Shown in pieces: positions 49,495 to 57,925 of a DNA stretch of 64,000 bases. The DNA is from Rhodospirillales bacterium. Its GTDB lineage: Bacteria > Pseudomonadota > Alphaproteobacteria > Rhodospirillales > Shumkoniaceae. A program made the translations under genes and the position numbers. The stretch spans positions 15,065 through 79,064 of the forward strand of contig CAXXVY010000007.1 of the NCBI GenBank assembly GCA_963675465.2. Direction: 5' to 3'. The stretch's first letter is position 1. Each line of letters begins with the position of its first letter. The notes below the pieces were generated by a model. It did no database searches. It was not told where the DNA came from and worked only from the letters and a program-made list of their open reading frames with translations.

Positions 49495-52026
49495 TTAGTC
49501 GCTGGCTGCAAGGGCTTCGGAGTCGCGCAGGGTGCGGTCCGGGGGAAAGCGGACGATGGCGGTGGTGCCGACGCCGAGGATGCTGTTCAGATCCAGGCTT
49601 CCGCCATGCAGTTCGGCCAGACGTTTCGACAACGGCAGTCCCAGGCCGGCGCCCTGGACGTCGCGCGAATAGGGATCGCCCCCCTTGCCCAGGGTGTTGA
49701 CGGCGGTACGGGTGGCCTCGGCATGCATGCCGATCCCGGTATCGCTGACCGAGAACATCAATCCGCCCCATTCGTCGACGCGGGCACGCAGTTCGATCCG
49801 GCCGTCCCGCGGCGTGAACTTGATGGCGTTGGACAACAGGTTCAGGGCGATCTGTTTGACCTTGATCTCGTCGCCGCGCAATTTCGGCAAGGTATCGGGA
49901 AGGGTCAGGCTCAGGGTCACGCCGACTTCGCCCGCGCGGCCCTTGATCAGATTGTGGCACGACGCCAGCGCCTTGGCAAAGTCGACCTCGGATTCGCGCA
50001 GCTTGATGCGCCCGGTCTCGATCTGGGAGATGTCCAGCAGGTCGTTGATCAGGCCCAGCAGATGGCGTCCCGCATTGCCGATATCGACGGCGTATTCCCG
50101 GTATTTGGGAATGGTGATCGGCCCGAACATTTCCCCGGCGACGAGATCGGCGCCGCCGTTGATGATGGTCAACGGCGTGCGCAGTTCATGGCTCATATTG
50201 GCCAGGAATTCGGTCTTGGCCCGGTTGGCGAATTCGGCCTGTTCCTTGGCGTCGGTGACTTCCGTGATGTCGGTATGGATGCTGACGATGCCGCCTTCCC
50301 GGGTCCGGTGTTCGTTGACCAGGAAACAGCGTCCGTCGGTCAGCCGATGGGCGTGGGGCCCCCGTGGGTTCAGGTGGCGTTCCATGCGGCGACGCTTCCA
50401 ACCTTCGGGATCCTCGCGCGCTTCGGCGGTTTCGCCGTTTTCCACGAACGCGTCGGCGAGTTCCGAGAATGATACCCCCGGAACCATCAAGGGTGCGATG
50501 CGCTGATAGAACCGGCGGTAGTTTTCATTGCACAGCACCAGACGGTCGTCGGCGTCGAACAGCACGAACGCCTCGCCGATGCTTTCGATCGCGTCTTCGA
50601 AGCGTTCCAGGGCTTGCGCGGCGCGTTTCTCGCTTTCGCGCAAGGCATCCTCGGCCTGTTTGCGCGCCGTGATATCGATCCCCACGGTCCCGATGGCGAT
50701 GATCGCGCCGTCCTTGTCGTGGACCGGATATTTAATGAGGACCCGGTTGTTCATCCGGCCGTGACGAAAGACGCTGACCTCCCGTTCCGTGCTTTCCCCG
50801 GTCGCCAGGACGTGTTTCTCGGTGGCATCCAGGTTGCGGAACTCCGGGGTGTCGAGGGGCATGAAATCGCTGCCCTTCTTGCCGATGATGTCCTCGGCGC
50901 GGCGGCCGAGCCATTCCTCGTAGGGTTTGTTGAGCAGCAGATAGCGACCCTCGGAATCCTTCAGGTTCAGGCAGATCGGGGTGTGTTCGAACACGGCGCG
51001 GAGCCGGGCCTCGCTCAGCATGAGTGTCCGTTCCGCCCGCTCGCGTTCGGCGATTTCCCGGCGCAGTTCGGCGGTACGCTCCTCGACCCGGGCTTCCAGC
51101 CGGTCGTGTGCCTTCCGCAACTCCGCGGTCTGGCGCCGCACGGTCCGCCGCAATACCGCCACCCAGGAGAAAACCAGGCCGATGGCGAGGCCGACTCCGC
51201 CGATGGTCCAACGGGCGTATTCCATGAAAAGCTCGGTCGGCATCCCGCGCGGCTCGACGAAACCGAACCACTTATTGTAAATGTCGTCGTAACGGCCGGT
51301 TTCGCGGACGATTTTCAGGCCTTCGTTCAACCGGGCCAACAGGGCCGAATTGCCTTTACGGACGGCGAACCCGTAGCCGCGATCATAGGCGTCGATCAGC
51401 GGCCCCGTGACTTTGAGATCCAACAGCTTCAGATCCCGGATGGATACGAGGGCGACCAGACGCGGCAGCAGCGCGTAGTCATGTTTGCCGCTCACGAGCA
51501 TCCGCAGAGCGTCCTCCACCGTGTCGGTCGGGAAAATTTTCTCCGATATGTCGTTCCGGATCAGCCAGTCATGGACCGCGTCGGCGCGCATGACGATGAT
51601 TTCGCGGCCTCGCAGGTCGCCGACAGTGGCGATGTCCGGGGAATCGGCCCGCTTGAAAACCGAGCCGTGGGCGACGGTATGGGGAACGGTGAAGTCGAAG
51701 ATCTCGGCGCGATCCGGGGAATAGGCAACCAGGGGCAGCGCATCGATTTCGCCCTTCGTCAGGGCGTCACGCATCTCGCTCCACAAACCCGTCCGGAAGG
51801 TGACGTCGATTTCCATGACCTCGCCCACGGCCTTCATCAGCTCGACGCTGAACCCGTCGGCCTCGCCGTTCGGTCCAATTAGGGCATAGGGGGGATAATC
51901 GGCTTCGCTGCCGACGACGATGCTCATCCGGTCGCCGTGGTCGTTCCCTTGCGCTCCCGCCGGATGGGACGTTCCCAGCAGAATAACGACGAGGAGAGCG
52001 AGCGCGCATATCGGACGTGTCGTCAT
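49495..52026 (-). CDS. Sensor histidine kinase: periplasmic SBP_bac_3 domain + TM + two PAS + HisKA + HATPase_c
   Basis: 843 aa. Signal/TM segment and a family-3 solute-binding domain. H-box [13 protein letters not shown], and G-boxes DTGIGM and GAGLGLPLSK. Confidence 0.85.
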   Translation of the reverse strand: MTTRPICALALLVVILLGTSHPAGAQGNDHGDRMSIVVGSEADYPPYALIGPNGEADGFSVELMKAVGEVMEIDVTFRTGLWSEMRDALTKGEIDALPLVAYSPDRAEIFDFTVPHTVAHGSVFKRADSPDIATVGDLRGREIIVMRADAVHDWLIRNDISEKIFPTDTVEDALRMLVSGKHDYALLPRLVALVSIRDLKLLDLKVTGPLIDAYDRGYGFAVRKGNSALLARLNEGLKIVRETGRYDDIYNKWFGFVEPRGMPTELFMEYARWTIGGVGLAIGLVFSWVAVLRRTVRRQTAELRKAHDRLEARVEERTAELRREIAERERAERTLMLSEARLRAVFEHTPICLNLKDSEGRYLLLNKPYEEWLGRRAEDIIGKKGSDFMPLDTPEFRNLDATEKHVLATGESTEREVSVFRHGRMNNRVLIKYPVHDKDGAIIAIGTVGIDITARKQAEDALRESEKRAAQALERFEDAIESIGEAFVLFDADDRLVLCNENYRRFYQRIAPLMVPGVSFSELADAFVENGETAEAREDPEGWKRRRMERHLNPRGPHAHRLTDGRCFLVNEHRTREGGIVSIHTDITEVTDAKEQAEFANRAKTEFLANMSHELRTPLTIINGGADLVAGEMFGPITIPKYREYAVDIGNAGRHLLGLINDLLDISQIETGRIKLRESEVDFAKALASCHNLIKGRAGEVGVTLSLTLPDTLPKLRGDEIKVKQIALNLLSNAIKFTPRDGRIELRARVDEWGGLMFSVSDTGIGMHAEATRTAVNTLGKGGDPYSRDVQGAGLGLPLSKRLAELHGGSLDLNSILGVGTTAIVRFPPDRTLRDSEALAASD

Positions 52027-52219
52027 GAGACGTTTCCCGGAGTGTCCGCGCGAATTTCAAGGATTATCGGGATATACCGGAGTTGCCGCAATTCCTTTGA
52101 TGCCTGTTGGGGGGGGGCGCCACGCAAAATTCTGCTTCCTCCCAAGATGGAAGCGTTATAAAATACCATAATCGGCTGGGCGAAACGCCTGGAAGGCTGT
52201 GCTGTCAAGGAGATTGCAG

Positions 52220-52315
52220 ATGGAATACACCACGCGCTGCAAGGGCTTCATCTGCATGTTGCCCGTGGTCGTCTTCGTTGTCCTGGTCGTCGTATCGATC
52301 GTCGAATCGGTTTGA
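52220..52315 (+). CDS. Possible 31-aa hydrophobic small protein
   Basis: AAGGAG lies 7 nt upstream of the ATG. Translation is MEYTTRCKGFICMLPVVVFVVLVVVSIVESV, one TM-like segment. There is no other support. Confidence 0.3.
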   Translation: MEYTTRCKGFICMLPVVVFVVLVVVSIVESV

Positions 52316-52434
52316 CGCCCACGGGGCCGTGATCCTCTGAACCTGCGTGACGAGGCCGTTCCTGCTGGAACGACCTCGATCCTTTATGGGGACTCGGCGA
52401 TATTCGACGGATACCGGGAGGCGCGGCGACGCGC

Positions 52435-52467
52435 AAAAAATCGCGGGGACCGAACGGGCCCCCGCGA
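52435..52467 (-). terminator. Rho-independent terminator of the 52509-53168 gene
   Basis: Minus strand reads TCGCGGGG-(11-nt loop)-CCCCGCGA followed by TTTTTT. Confidence 0.6.
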
Positions 52468-52508
52468 CGATTCGATCCGCTATCGAGCCGGTGCAACCGG
52501 TTTGCGGG

Positions 52509-53168
52509 TCAGCGCCAGCCGCCCATACCGGGACCGCCCTGCTGCCAGCCGCGGTGGCCGTGCCCGCGCTGCCCGCGCTGAGCCAACGCCTGGCGGCCGA
52601 ATCCGCCGGACAGAAGCGTGACGGCGGCCTTTTTTTGATCGTCGTCCAGAACCGCCAGCAGCGCCTTTTCGGAATCGGCCTGCGCCTTCAGACCCTGGGC
52701 GCGGGTTTCGTGCATGCCCTGCATGAACGCCAGCCGGTCTTCGGCGCTCATCTCGCGCATGGTCTGGGGATTCATGCTTTCGCGCAGAGCCTTGCGGGAT
52801 TCAATGCGGCCGGTCACCGCCTTGACGTAGCCGTTCCACGCTTCTTCCTGATCGACGCGGATGGCGAGTTTGGTCTTCGCTGAATTCAGAACGTCCTCGA
52901 TGCTGGCCTGCGCAGCGGCGGGACCGCCCCACGCCGGGCCACCCTGCATGCCGGGATTCCCCCAACCGGGTCCGCCCTGCATGCCGGGATTGTTCCAGCC
53001 CTGGCCGCCCATCATGCCGGGTCCACCCCAGCCCTGCTGTGCATAGGGACAATTGCCGGGGCCACCGCCCCAACCCCACATGCCGGGGCCGGCGAAGGCC
53101 ATGGATCCGGCGAAGACGACGCCACCGACAGCGGCGGTAGCAAGAAGAAATTTCATGGTCCGTTTCAT
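52509..53168 (-). CDS. Periplasmic Spy/CpxP/heavy-metal-sensor-like protein with Gly/Met/Trp/Pro-rich repeats
   Basis: Signal peptide MKRTMKFLLATAAVGGVVFAGSMAFA. Repeats GWGGPGMMGGQGWNNPGMQGGPGWGNPGMQGGPAWGGP. Helical core with LxxxQ-type segments. C-terminal RGHGHRGWQQGGPGMGGWR. Confidence 0.5.
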   Translation of the reverse strand: MKRTMKFLLATAAVGGVVFAGSMAFAGPGMWGWGGGPGNCPYAQQGWGGPGMMGGQGWNNPGMQGGPGWGNPGMQGGPAWGGPAAAQASIEDVLNSAKTKLAIRVDQEEAWNGYVKAVTGRIESRKALRESMNPQTMREMSAEDRLAFMQGMHETRAQGLKAQADSEKALLAVLDDDQKKAAVTLLSGGFGRQALAQRGQRGHGHRGWQQGGPGMGGWR

Positions 53169-53321
53169 AGTCCGGCTCCTGTCATGGTGAATTCGTTCAT
53201 GACGCATTTCACACCGGCGACGTTTCGCCATTGTGTCGGCGGAACCGGAAAAGTGTAACGGAAGGTAACCGGCAAAGGCGAAGGTTATCCGGTTGGACGC
53301 GGCGGCGGGTGTCTGGCCGGA

Positions 53322-53807
53322 CTATCGGGCCTTGCGGGCTTCGGCGTTCATGCGGTCGTGCCTGCTTCGGACATCGGCCGGCCAGTGGCTTTTGATGAAG
53401 GACAGGACGGCAACGATATCGCGGTCGCTGAGTTTGTCTTCGTAGCCCGGCATGTCCGTCGGATAATCGTCGCCGGCGAAGGCCTTGGGGCCGAACTTGG
53501 TGATCAGAAAGAGATCCCGATCGGAGTGATGCCAAGTGTGACCGCTCGCGTCGTGCGGCGGCGCCGGCAATTTGCCGTCGGGATGGCGCTGGGTCCAATC
53601 GGGTTCACCCTGCAGCCGGACACCGTGGCACAGAGCGCACTGCTGCATATAGATGACCTGGCCCGCGGCGACCAGCGCCACGTCGTCGGGGCGGAGTTCG
53701 ACATCAACGGCTGCCTTGGATCCGTGTACCAGAAGGGTGGTTCCCGCCACCAACAAACCGGCGGTGACGGAAGCCACAGCCAGCACGAATACCATCCGCT
53801 TTTTCAA
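53322..53807 (-). CDS. Membrane-anchored c-type cytochrome
   Basis: N-terminal TM segment, and the haem-binding motif CALCH with a distal Met region. Confidence 0.75.
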   Translation of the reverse strand: MKKRMVFVLAVASVTAGLLVAGTTLLVHGSKAAVDVELRPDDVALVAAGQVIYMQQCALCHGVRLQGEPDWTQRHPDGKLPAPPHDASGHTWHHSDRDLFLITKFGPKAFAGDDYPTDMPGYEDKLSDRDIVAVLSFIKSHWPADVRSRHDRMNAEARKAR

Positions 53808-54016
53808 CGCATACTCTCCCGCCCGGCACCGGCGCCCGGTTTCTTGGTGATCGCGGCCGCCAACCGTCTACATATAGGAAATGCAACGTCAAGGGGAATA
53901 GGAAACACGCGCCGCCAATACCCCGAAAGCCCCGCACGCGGGCGACAACGCGGCCCCATCCCCCGGCGTGATGAATATTCCCTCAATTTCTGTCATAGTA
54001 TTGGTGGTGGGGTGGA

Positions 54017-54556
54017 ATGCAGGGGGCTGATATGCGCGTTTCGATGTGGGGTGCCGTGATTTTCATGGGGGTGTCGTGGTTGATGGCGGGTTCGGTTGCC
54101 GCCCAGCAACCCTTGCCGGAATGCGACGGGTCGGGGACGTCGGCCACCGTGGGTGGCGGGTCCGATGACGCATCGGGAATCGGTCAGGTGGTGGTTCCCC
54201 GGGACGGCGGACTCGGCCAGGCGCTCGTAGGCGGCATCGTCAACGGCGTCGTCAACGGTTCCCAGTGGATGGGCGATGCCTACGGCCGCAATGTTCCCGC
54301 GGATTGGTGGGGCTGGGCGCCGGGTTCCGGATCGCAGCCACCGGCCGCGCCGCCGCCGCAACCGCAGCCGACTTCCACGTCTTCGCCGGGACCTTATGGC
54401 TACGGTTTGCCGTACGGCGATCCGGTCGCGCGCGGCGCATGGAATCTGGGGACCTGGGCGGGAACGCCCAGCGCGCCGCAACCCGCGCCCCAAACCAGCA
54501 CGCCGCCTTCGGTGCCGTCGTCGACCGGCGTGTGGACGCAGCCGATGCACCGATGA
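54017..54556 (+). CDS. Secreted Pro/Gly-rich hypothetical protein
   Basis: Signal peptide (…VIFMGVSWLMAGSVAAQ). Low-complexity P-rich C-terminal half. The start is uncertain. Confidence 0.45.
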   Translation: MQGADMRVSMWGAVIFMGVSWLMAGSVAAQQPLPECDGSGTSATVGGGSDDASGIGQVVVPRDGGLGQALVGGIVNGVVNGSQWMGDAYGRNVPADWWGWAPGSGSQPPAAPPPQPQPTSTSSPGPYGYGLPYGDPVARGAWNLGTWAGTPSAPQPAPQTSTPPSVPSSTGVWTQPMHR

Positions 54557-54582
54557 ATTAGTCACCCGATAGAACGTTGACC

Positions 54583-54618
54583 AAAAAACCGGAGACGCCA
54601 AGCATCTCCGGTTTTTTT
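54583..54618. terminator. Bidirectional rho-independent terminator
   Basis: AAAAAA-CCGGAGA-(9-nt loop)-TCTCCGG-TTTTTTT between convergent genes (54017-54556 + and 54638-56497 -). Confidence 0.8.
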
Positions 54619-54637
54619 CGAGCCGATCTAGGGGGCG

Positions 54638-56497
54638 TCAGGCGAACGACCGGAGCCCGTTGGATTCGACGGTGGCCGGCAGCAGGCGGCCTTCGTCGTC
54701 CCATCCCCGGAAGGTGTAATAGTCGCTCAGCAACTGATCGATGGGCGGCGGATCGAAATCCAGATCCTCCGCCTGTTTCTTGCGCCGCCGCAGGCGGATC
54801 GGCAGGGTGTCGTCCTTGGCGGTGACGCCGCGCCGGTTATTGATCATCCGTTCCAACTGGAACGATCGGGTGCCGATGGCGAGGAAGCCTTCCGGATCGA
54901 TTCCCCGGCCGGTGATCAGATTGTACCATTCGACGAAATGGCTCAGGGTCGCGGCGTTCAGGGTCTGGGTGAAGTTGCACCAGACCATGCTGTCGCGCAT
55001 CCGCATCAGATCCTGGAGAATAGCGGACTGCTTGGCCTTGCCGTCGCGCTGGCGGCCGGGGAAGGGCTCCGGGTAGCCCAACTCTTCGAGCGTGGTGTGG
55101 TTCTCGTACAAGTGGGCCACCGACGACATGTGGCAGCCGCCGCGGTTGCAGGTGGCATAACCCAGGGCCTGCCCCCAGCTGAAACGCGGGTCGTGCATAC
55201 CCAGTTCCAGGCCCTTGACCTCGATGGCGTATTCGGACGCGTTGCCGCCGATGCGGGCCACCGCGGCGCGGGTTCCGTCTCCCAGCAGCGCGCCGACCGC
55301 GCCCTGGCGCATCGCCATGCGGCGCACGATTTCGGCATAGGTTTCGGGGCGCCGGAATCCGATCTCCAACCCGTCCAGGTCCTTGGCGGTCAGCAGGCCT
55401 TTTTCGACGCACTCGTTGGCGAAGGCGAGGGTGCCCGAAACGCTGATGGTGTCCACGCCGAGCCGGTTGCAGATCTCGTTCAGGTGGGCGACCGATTCCA
55501 GGTTGTCGTTGTTCTGCAGACTGCCGAAACCGCCGAGCGTTTCGTATTCCGGCCCCTCGATCACGCCGCCGGTCTTGTACGGGCCGTCCTTGACCTCGAC
55601 CAGACGGCCGCACAGGATCGGGCAGCGGTTGCAGCCGGCGCGCTTGACCTGGATGGTCTCGGCCAGGGTGGTGCCGGTCAGCTTCTTTACCAGTTCCGGT
55701 GCCCGGGCGCCGCGCCAGTTGTCGATGGGCAGGCTGCCGCCCTTGTGGATGCCGTCCATCGCGCCGGGTGTACCGTAGGTGCGGAAGAACTGCAGCCGTT
55801 CCTTCATGTAGGGCAGGCGCTCGGTGACCGCCGCCTTGAGCCCGGCGGCATCGTAGGCCTCGGGCAGGGTCTTGCCGGCGTCGGTGATGATCACGGCCTT
55901 CAGGTTCTTGGACCCCATCACCGCGCCCATGCCGCCGCGCCCGGCGACGCGGGTGTGGCGGCCGTCGTGGACCACGTTGGCCATGCGGTTGAGGATCTCG
56001 CCCGCCGGGCCGATCACGGCGGCGGATGTCTTCTTGCCGAAACGCGCCTTGATCGCGTCGTCGGAATCGAATGTGTCCTGGCCCCACAGCCAGGCGGCGT
56101 CCTCGATCCGCGCGGTGTCGCCGTCGACGACGATACAGACCGGCGTTTCGGAGGCGCCGGTAACGACGATGCCGTCAAGATGGCTTTCGCGCAGGCGTCG
56201 GCCGAAGGTGCCGCCGGAAATCGACGAACAGAAGATGCCCGTCAATGGCGACAGGGCGATAACCGCGTGACGGGAACCCGCCGGAACCGGGGTGCCGGTG
56301 AACGGGCCGGACATGAAGATCACGGGGTTGTCGGGGCCCAGCGGGTCGGTCGAGCCGTCGATCAGGCGGGCCAGAATCGCGGCGCCCAGGTTGGAGCCGC
56401 CGACAAAGGCTTCGGCATCCTCGGTCCCCACGGGGTGGAACGCGACGGTCCGGTGGGTCAGGTCGACCCAGGCCAACCGATCATGATAGCCGTACAT
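54638..56497 (-). CDS. Aldehyde:ferredoxin oxidoreductase family protein (tungsto/molybdopterin, [4Fe-4S])
   Basis: 619 aa. The AOR N-terminal domain is MYGYHDRLAWVDLT...GGSNLGA, and the Cys ligands are in ...AGCNRCPILCGR... Confidence 0.9.
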   Translation of the reverse strand: MYGYHDRLAWVDLTHRTVAFHPVGTEDAEAFVGGSNLGAAILARLIDGSTDPLGPDNPVIFMSGPFTGTPVPAGSRHAVIALSPLTGIFCSSISGGTFGRRLRESHLDGIVVTGASETPVCIVVDGDTARIEDAAWLWGQDTFDSDDAIKARFGKKTSAAVIGPAGEILNRMANVVHDGRHTRVAGRGGMGAVMGSKNLKAVIITDAGKTLPEAYDAAGLKAAVTERLPYMKERLQFFRTYGTPGAMDGIHKGGSLPIDNWRGARAPELVKKLTGTTLAETIQVKRAGCNRCPILCGRLVEVKDGPYKTGGVIEGPEYETLGGFGSLQNNDNLESVAHLNEICNRLGVDTISVSGTLAFANECVEKGLLTAKDLDGLEIGFRRPETYAEIVRRMAMRQGAVGALLGDGTRAAVARIGGNASEYAIEVKGLELGMHDPRFSWGQALGYATCNRGGCHMSSVAHLYENHTTLEELGYPEPFPGRQRDGKAKQSAILQDLMRMRDSMVWCNFTQTLNAATLSHFVEWYNLITGRGIDPEGFLAIGTRSFQLERMINNRRGVTAKDDTLPIRLRRRKKQAEDLDFDPPPIDQLLSDYYTFRGWDDEGRLLPATVESNGLRSFA

Positions 56498-56683
56498 GGT
56501 TATCTCCCATTACGATGTTCATATCCGAACATAGAAAGCGATTACATTGTATCAAAACGGACATGGCCGAACAAATCGGCCCATAATGTTGTTGTAAATA
56601 GAAAAGTCGGTCGGCGCAAGTCGCACAATCAACCTGCGGGCGACGTGGCCGCCCGGTCTCCGCCGACCATACGCGCCTCGCCT

Positions 56684-57106
56684 TCAGCGTGATCGGCCGC
56701 TACGGCATACGACCGTTTTGTCCACCCAGCGGTAAGGACCGTAGTGGCCGTCAAGATGATAGGCCGGCCATACGTTGTACTCCGCGCCCTCCACGCACGG
56801 CAGCGACGCCTGGAACCGGAACGCGCCGCCTTCGGCCAACGGTTGATTGCGGGCGGTGTGCCCGAAGTCGCACAAAACACCGTCCTTGCGGCATCCGGCG
56901 AACACGCCGTTCGGGCCGAACGTCAGGGTATGGCCCGAAAGGTTCTTGTAGACGAATCGGATATCGATCCTCGGCGGCGTTCCGCCGATTCGGGCCGAGA
57001 ACGAATTGCCGACCTGGATGCCGTCGCCGGAGGTGTCGGCGGCGGACGGTCCGGAAGCGGCGAAAACGGCCAGTGCGGAAATCAAGGCGGTCCATACGGT
57101 TTTCAT
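56684..57106 (-). CDS. Secreted hypothetical protein (140 aa)
   Basis: The internal start MKTVWTALISALAVFAASGPSAA gives a signal peptide. It lies 32 nt downstream of the CVNH gene on the same strand. Confidence 0.55.
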   Translation of the reverse strand: MKTVWTALISALAVFAASGPSAADTSGDGIQVGNSFSARIGGTPPRIDIRFVYKNLSGHTLTFGPNGVFAGCRKDGVLCDFGHTARNQPLAEGGAFRFQASLPCVEGAEYNVWPAYHLDGHYGPYRWVDKTVVCRSGRSR

Positions 57107-57138
57107 GATGCGCGCTCTCCACGCCGAACGGTGGAACG

Positions 57139-57573
57139 TCAAGGGCAGGTGTCGCTGCATTGAAGGGCGCCGTCGCAATTGGTGAAATTGCCTGGGCAGT
57201 TCGGGTGATTGATCGATGTCCAGACCCAGGTGCCGTCAATCTTCCGGCATTCCGAACTGATGCGGGCGCCTTGCCAGGTCGTGTTGCGACAGGTTCGCCA
57301 GGCGGTGCCGCGCAAAGGACATTTGAGAACGCCGTTGTCGTTGGAAATCGAACCGGACTGGCATGGCCCGTACCACAGCGATGTCGAATTGTGTTGGCCA
57401 TTGCGTTTTTTGCACGAACAGGACAGCTTGTCGCCACTGTCCGTGCAGTTATCGCATGAGTTGGCGTAGTTGCCCGATGCGCCGGCCCGCGCCGGGGGCG
57501 GCTCGAAGGCGATCAGGATCGCCGTCGTCAGGAACAGAATCAAAACCATGAAATTCGCACGAGTCATCGACAT
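57139..57573 (-). CDS. Secreted cyanovirin-N homology (CVNH) domain lectin-like protein
   Basis: Signal peptide (M)TRANFMVLILFLTTAILIAF...ARA. Two tandem half-repeats match cyanovirin-N: SCDNC..G.KLSCSCKKRNGQHNSTSL...ISNDNGVLKC and TCRNTTWQGARISSECRK..GTWVWTSIN....FTNCDGALQC. For comparison, CV-N has TCYNS..GSVLTSTCERTNGGYNTSSIDL..VIENVDGSLK / TCRNTQLAGSSELAAECKT...STKINLDDHIANIDGTLK. The start is ATG 57573 or 57567. Confidence 0.7.
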   Translation of the reverse strand: MSMTRANFMVLILFLTTAILIAFEPPPARAGASGNYANSCDNCTDSGDKLSCSCKKRNGQHNSTSLWYGPCQSGSISNDNGVLKCPLRGTAWRTCRNTTWQGARISSECRKIDGTWVWTSINHPNCPGNFTNCDGALQCSDTCP

Positions 57574-57925
57574 TTCCTCCTCGATTGGAAAATGCGGACA
57601 CGGCAAAGGCCTTGGCCGGGGTTGGCGTTCCTCCTCGAATGCGCTGGTTTGCGGAAACCCGCGATGCTTGATCGTACCGCACGGCCCCTGCGGGCGGCTG
57701 GCCTCCGATTCCGGTTTCTTGAATATTTTCCTGTATCGTATATCGAAAGGAGCGCCTTGGCCAAGGTGCACCCATACACAATGAAAAATAAAAATCTTAC
57801 AACACAACCAGAAGGTATGTGTGGTGCGCTGTTACCGGGTATCGAAGGCCAGCCGGAACCGCGATGCCCGCGCGTTTGGCGGGCATCCGATATTCATGCG
57901 TCGAGGGCGCCGGAGGGGGCGGGTG

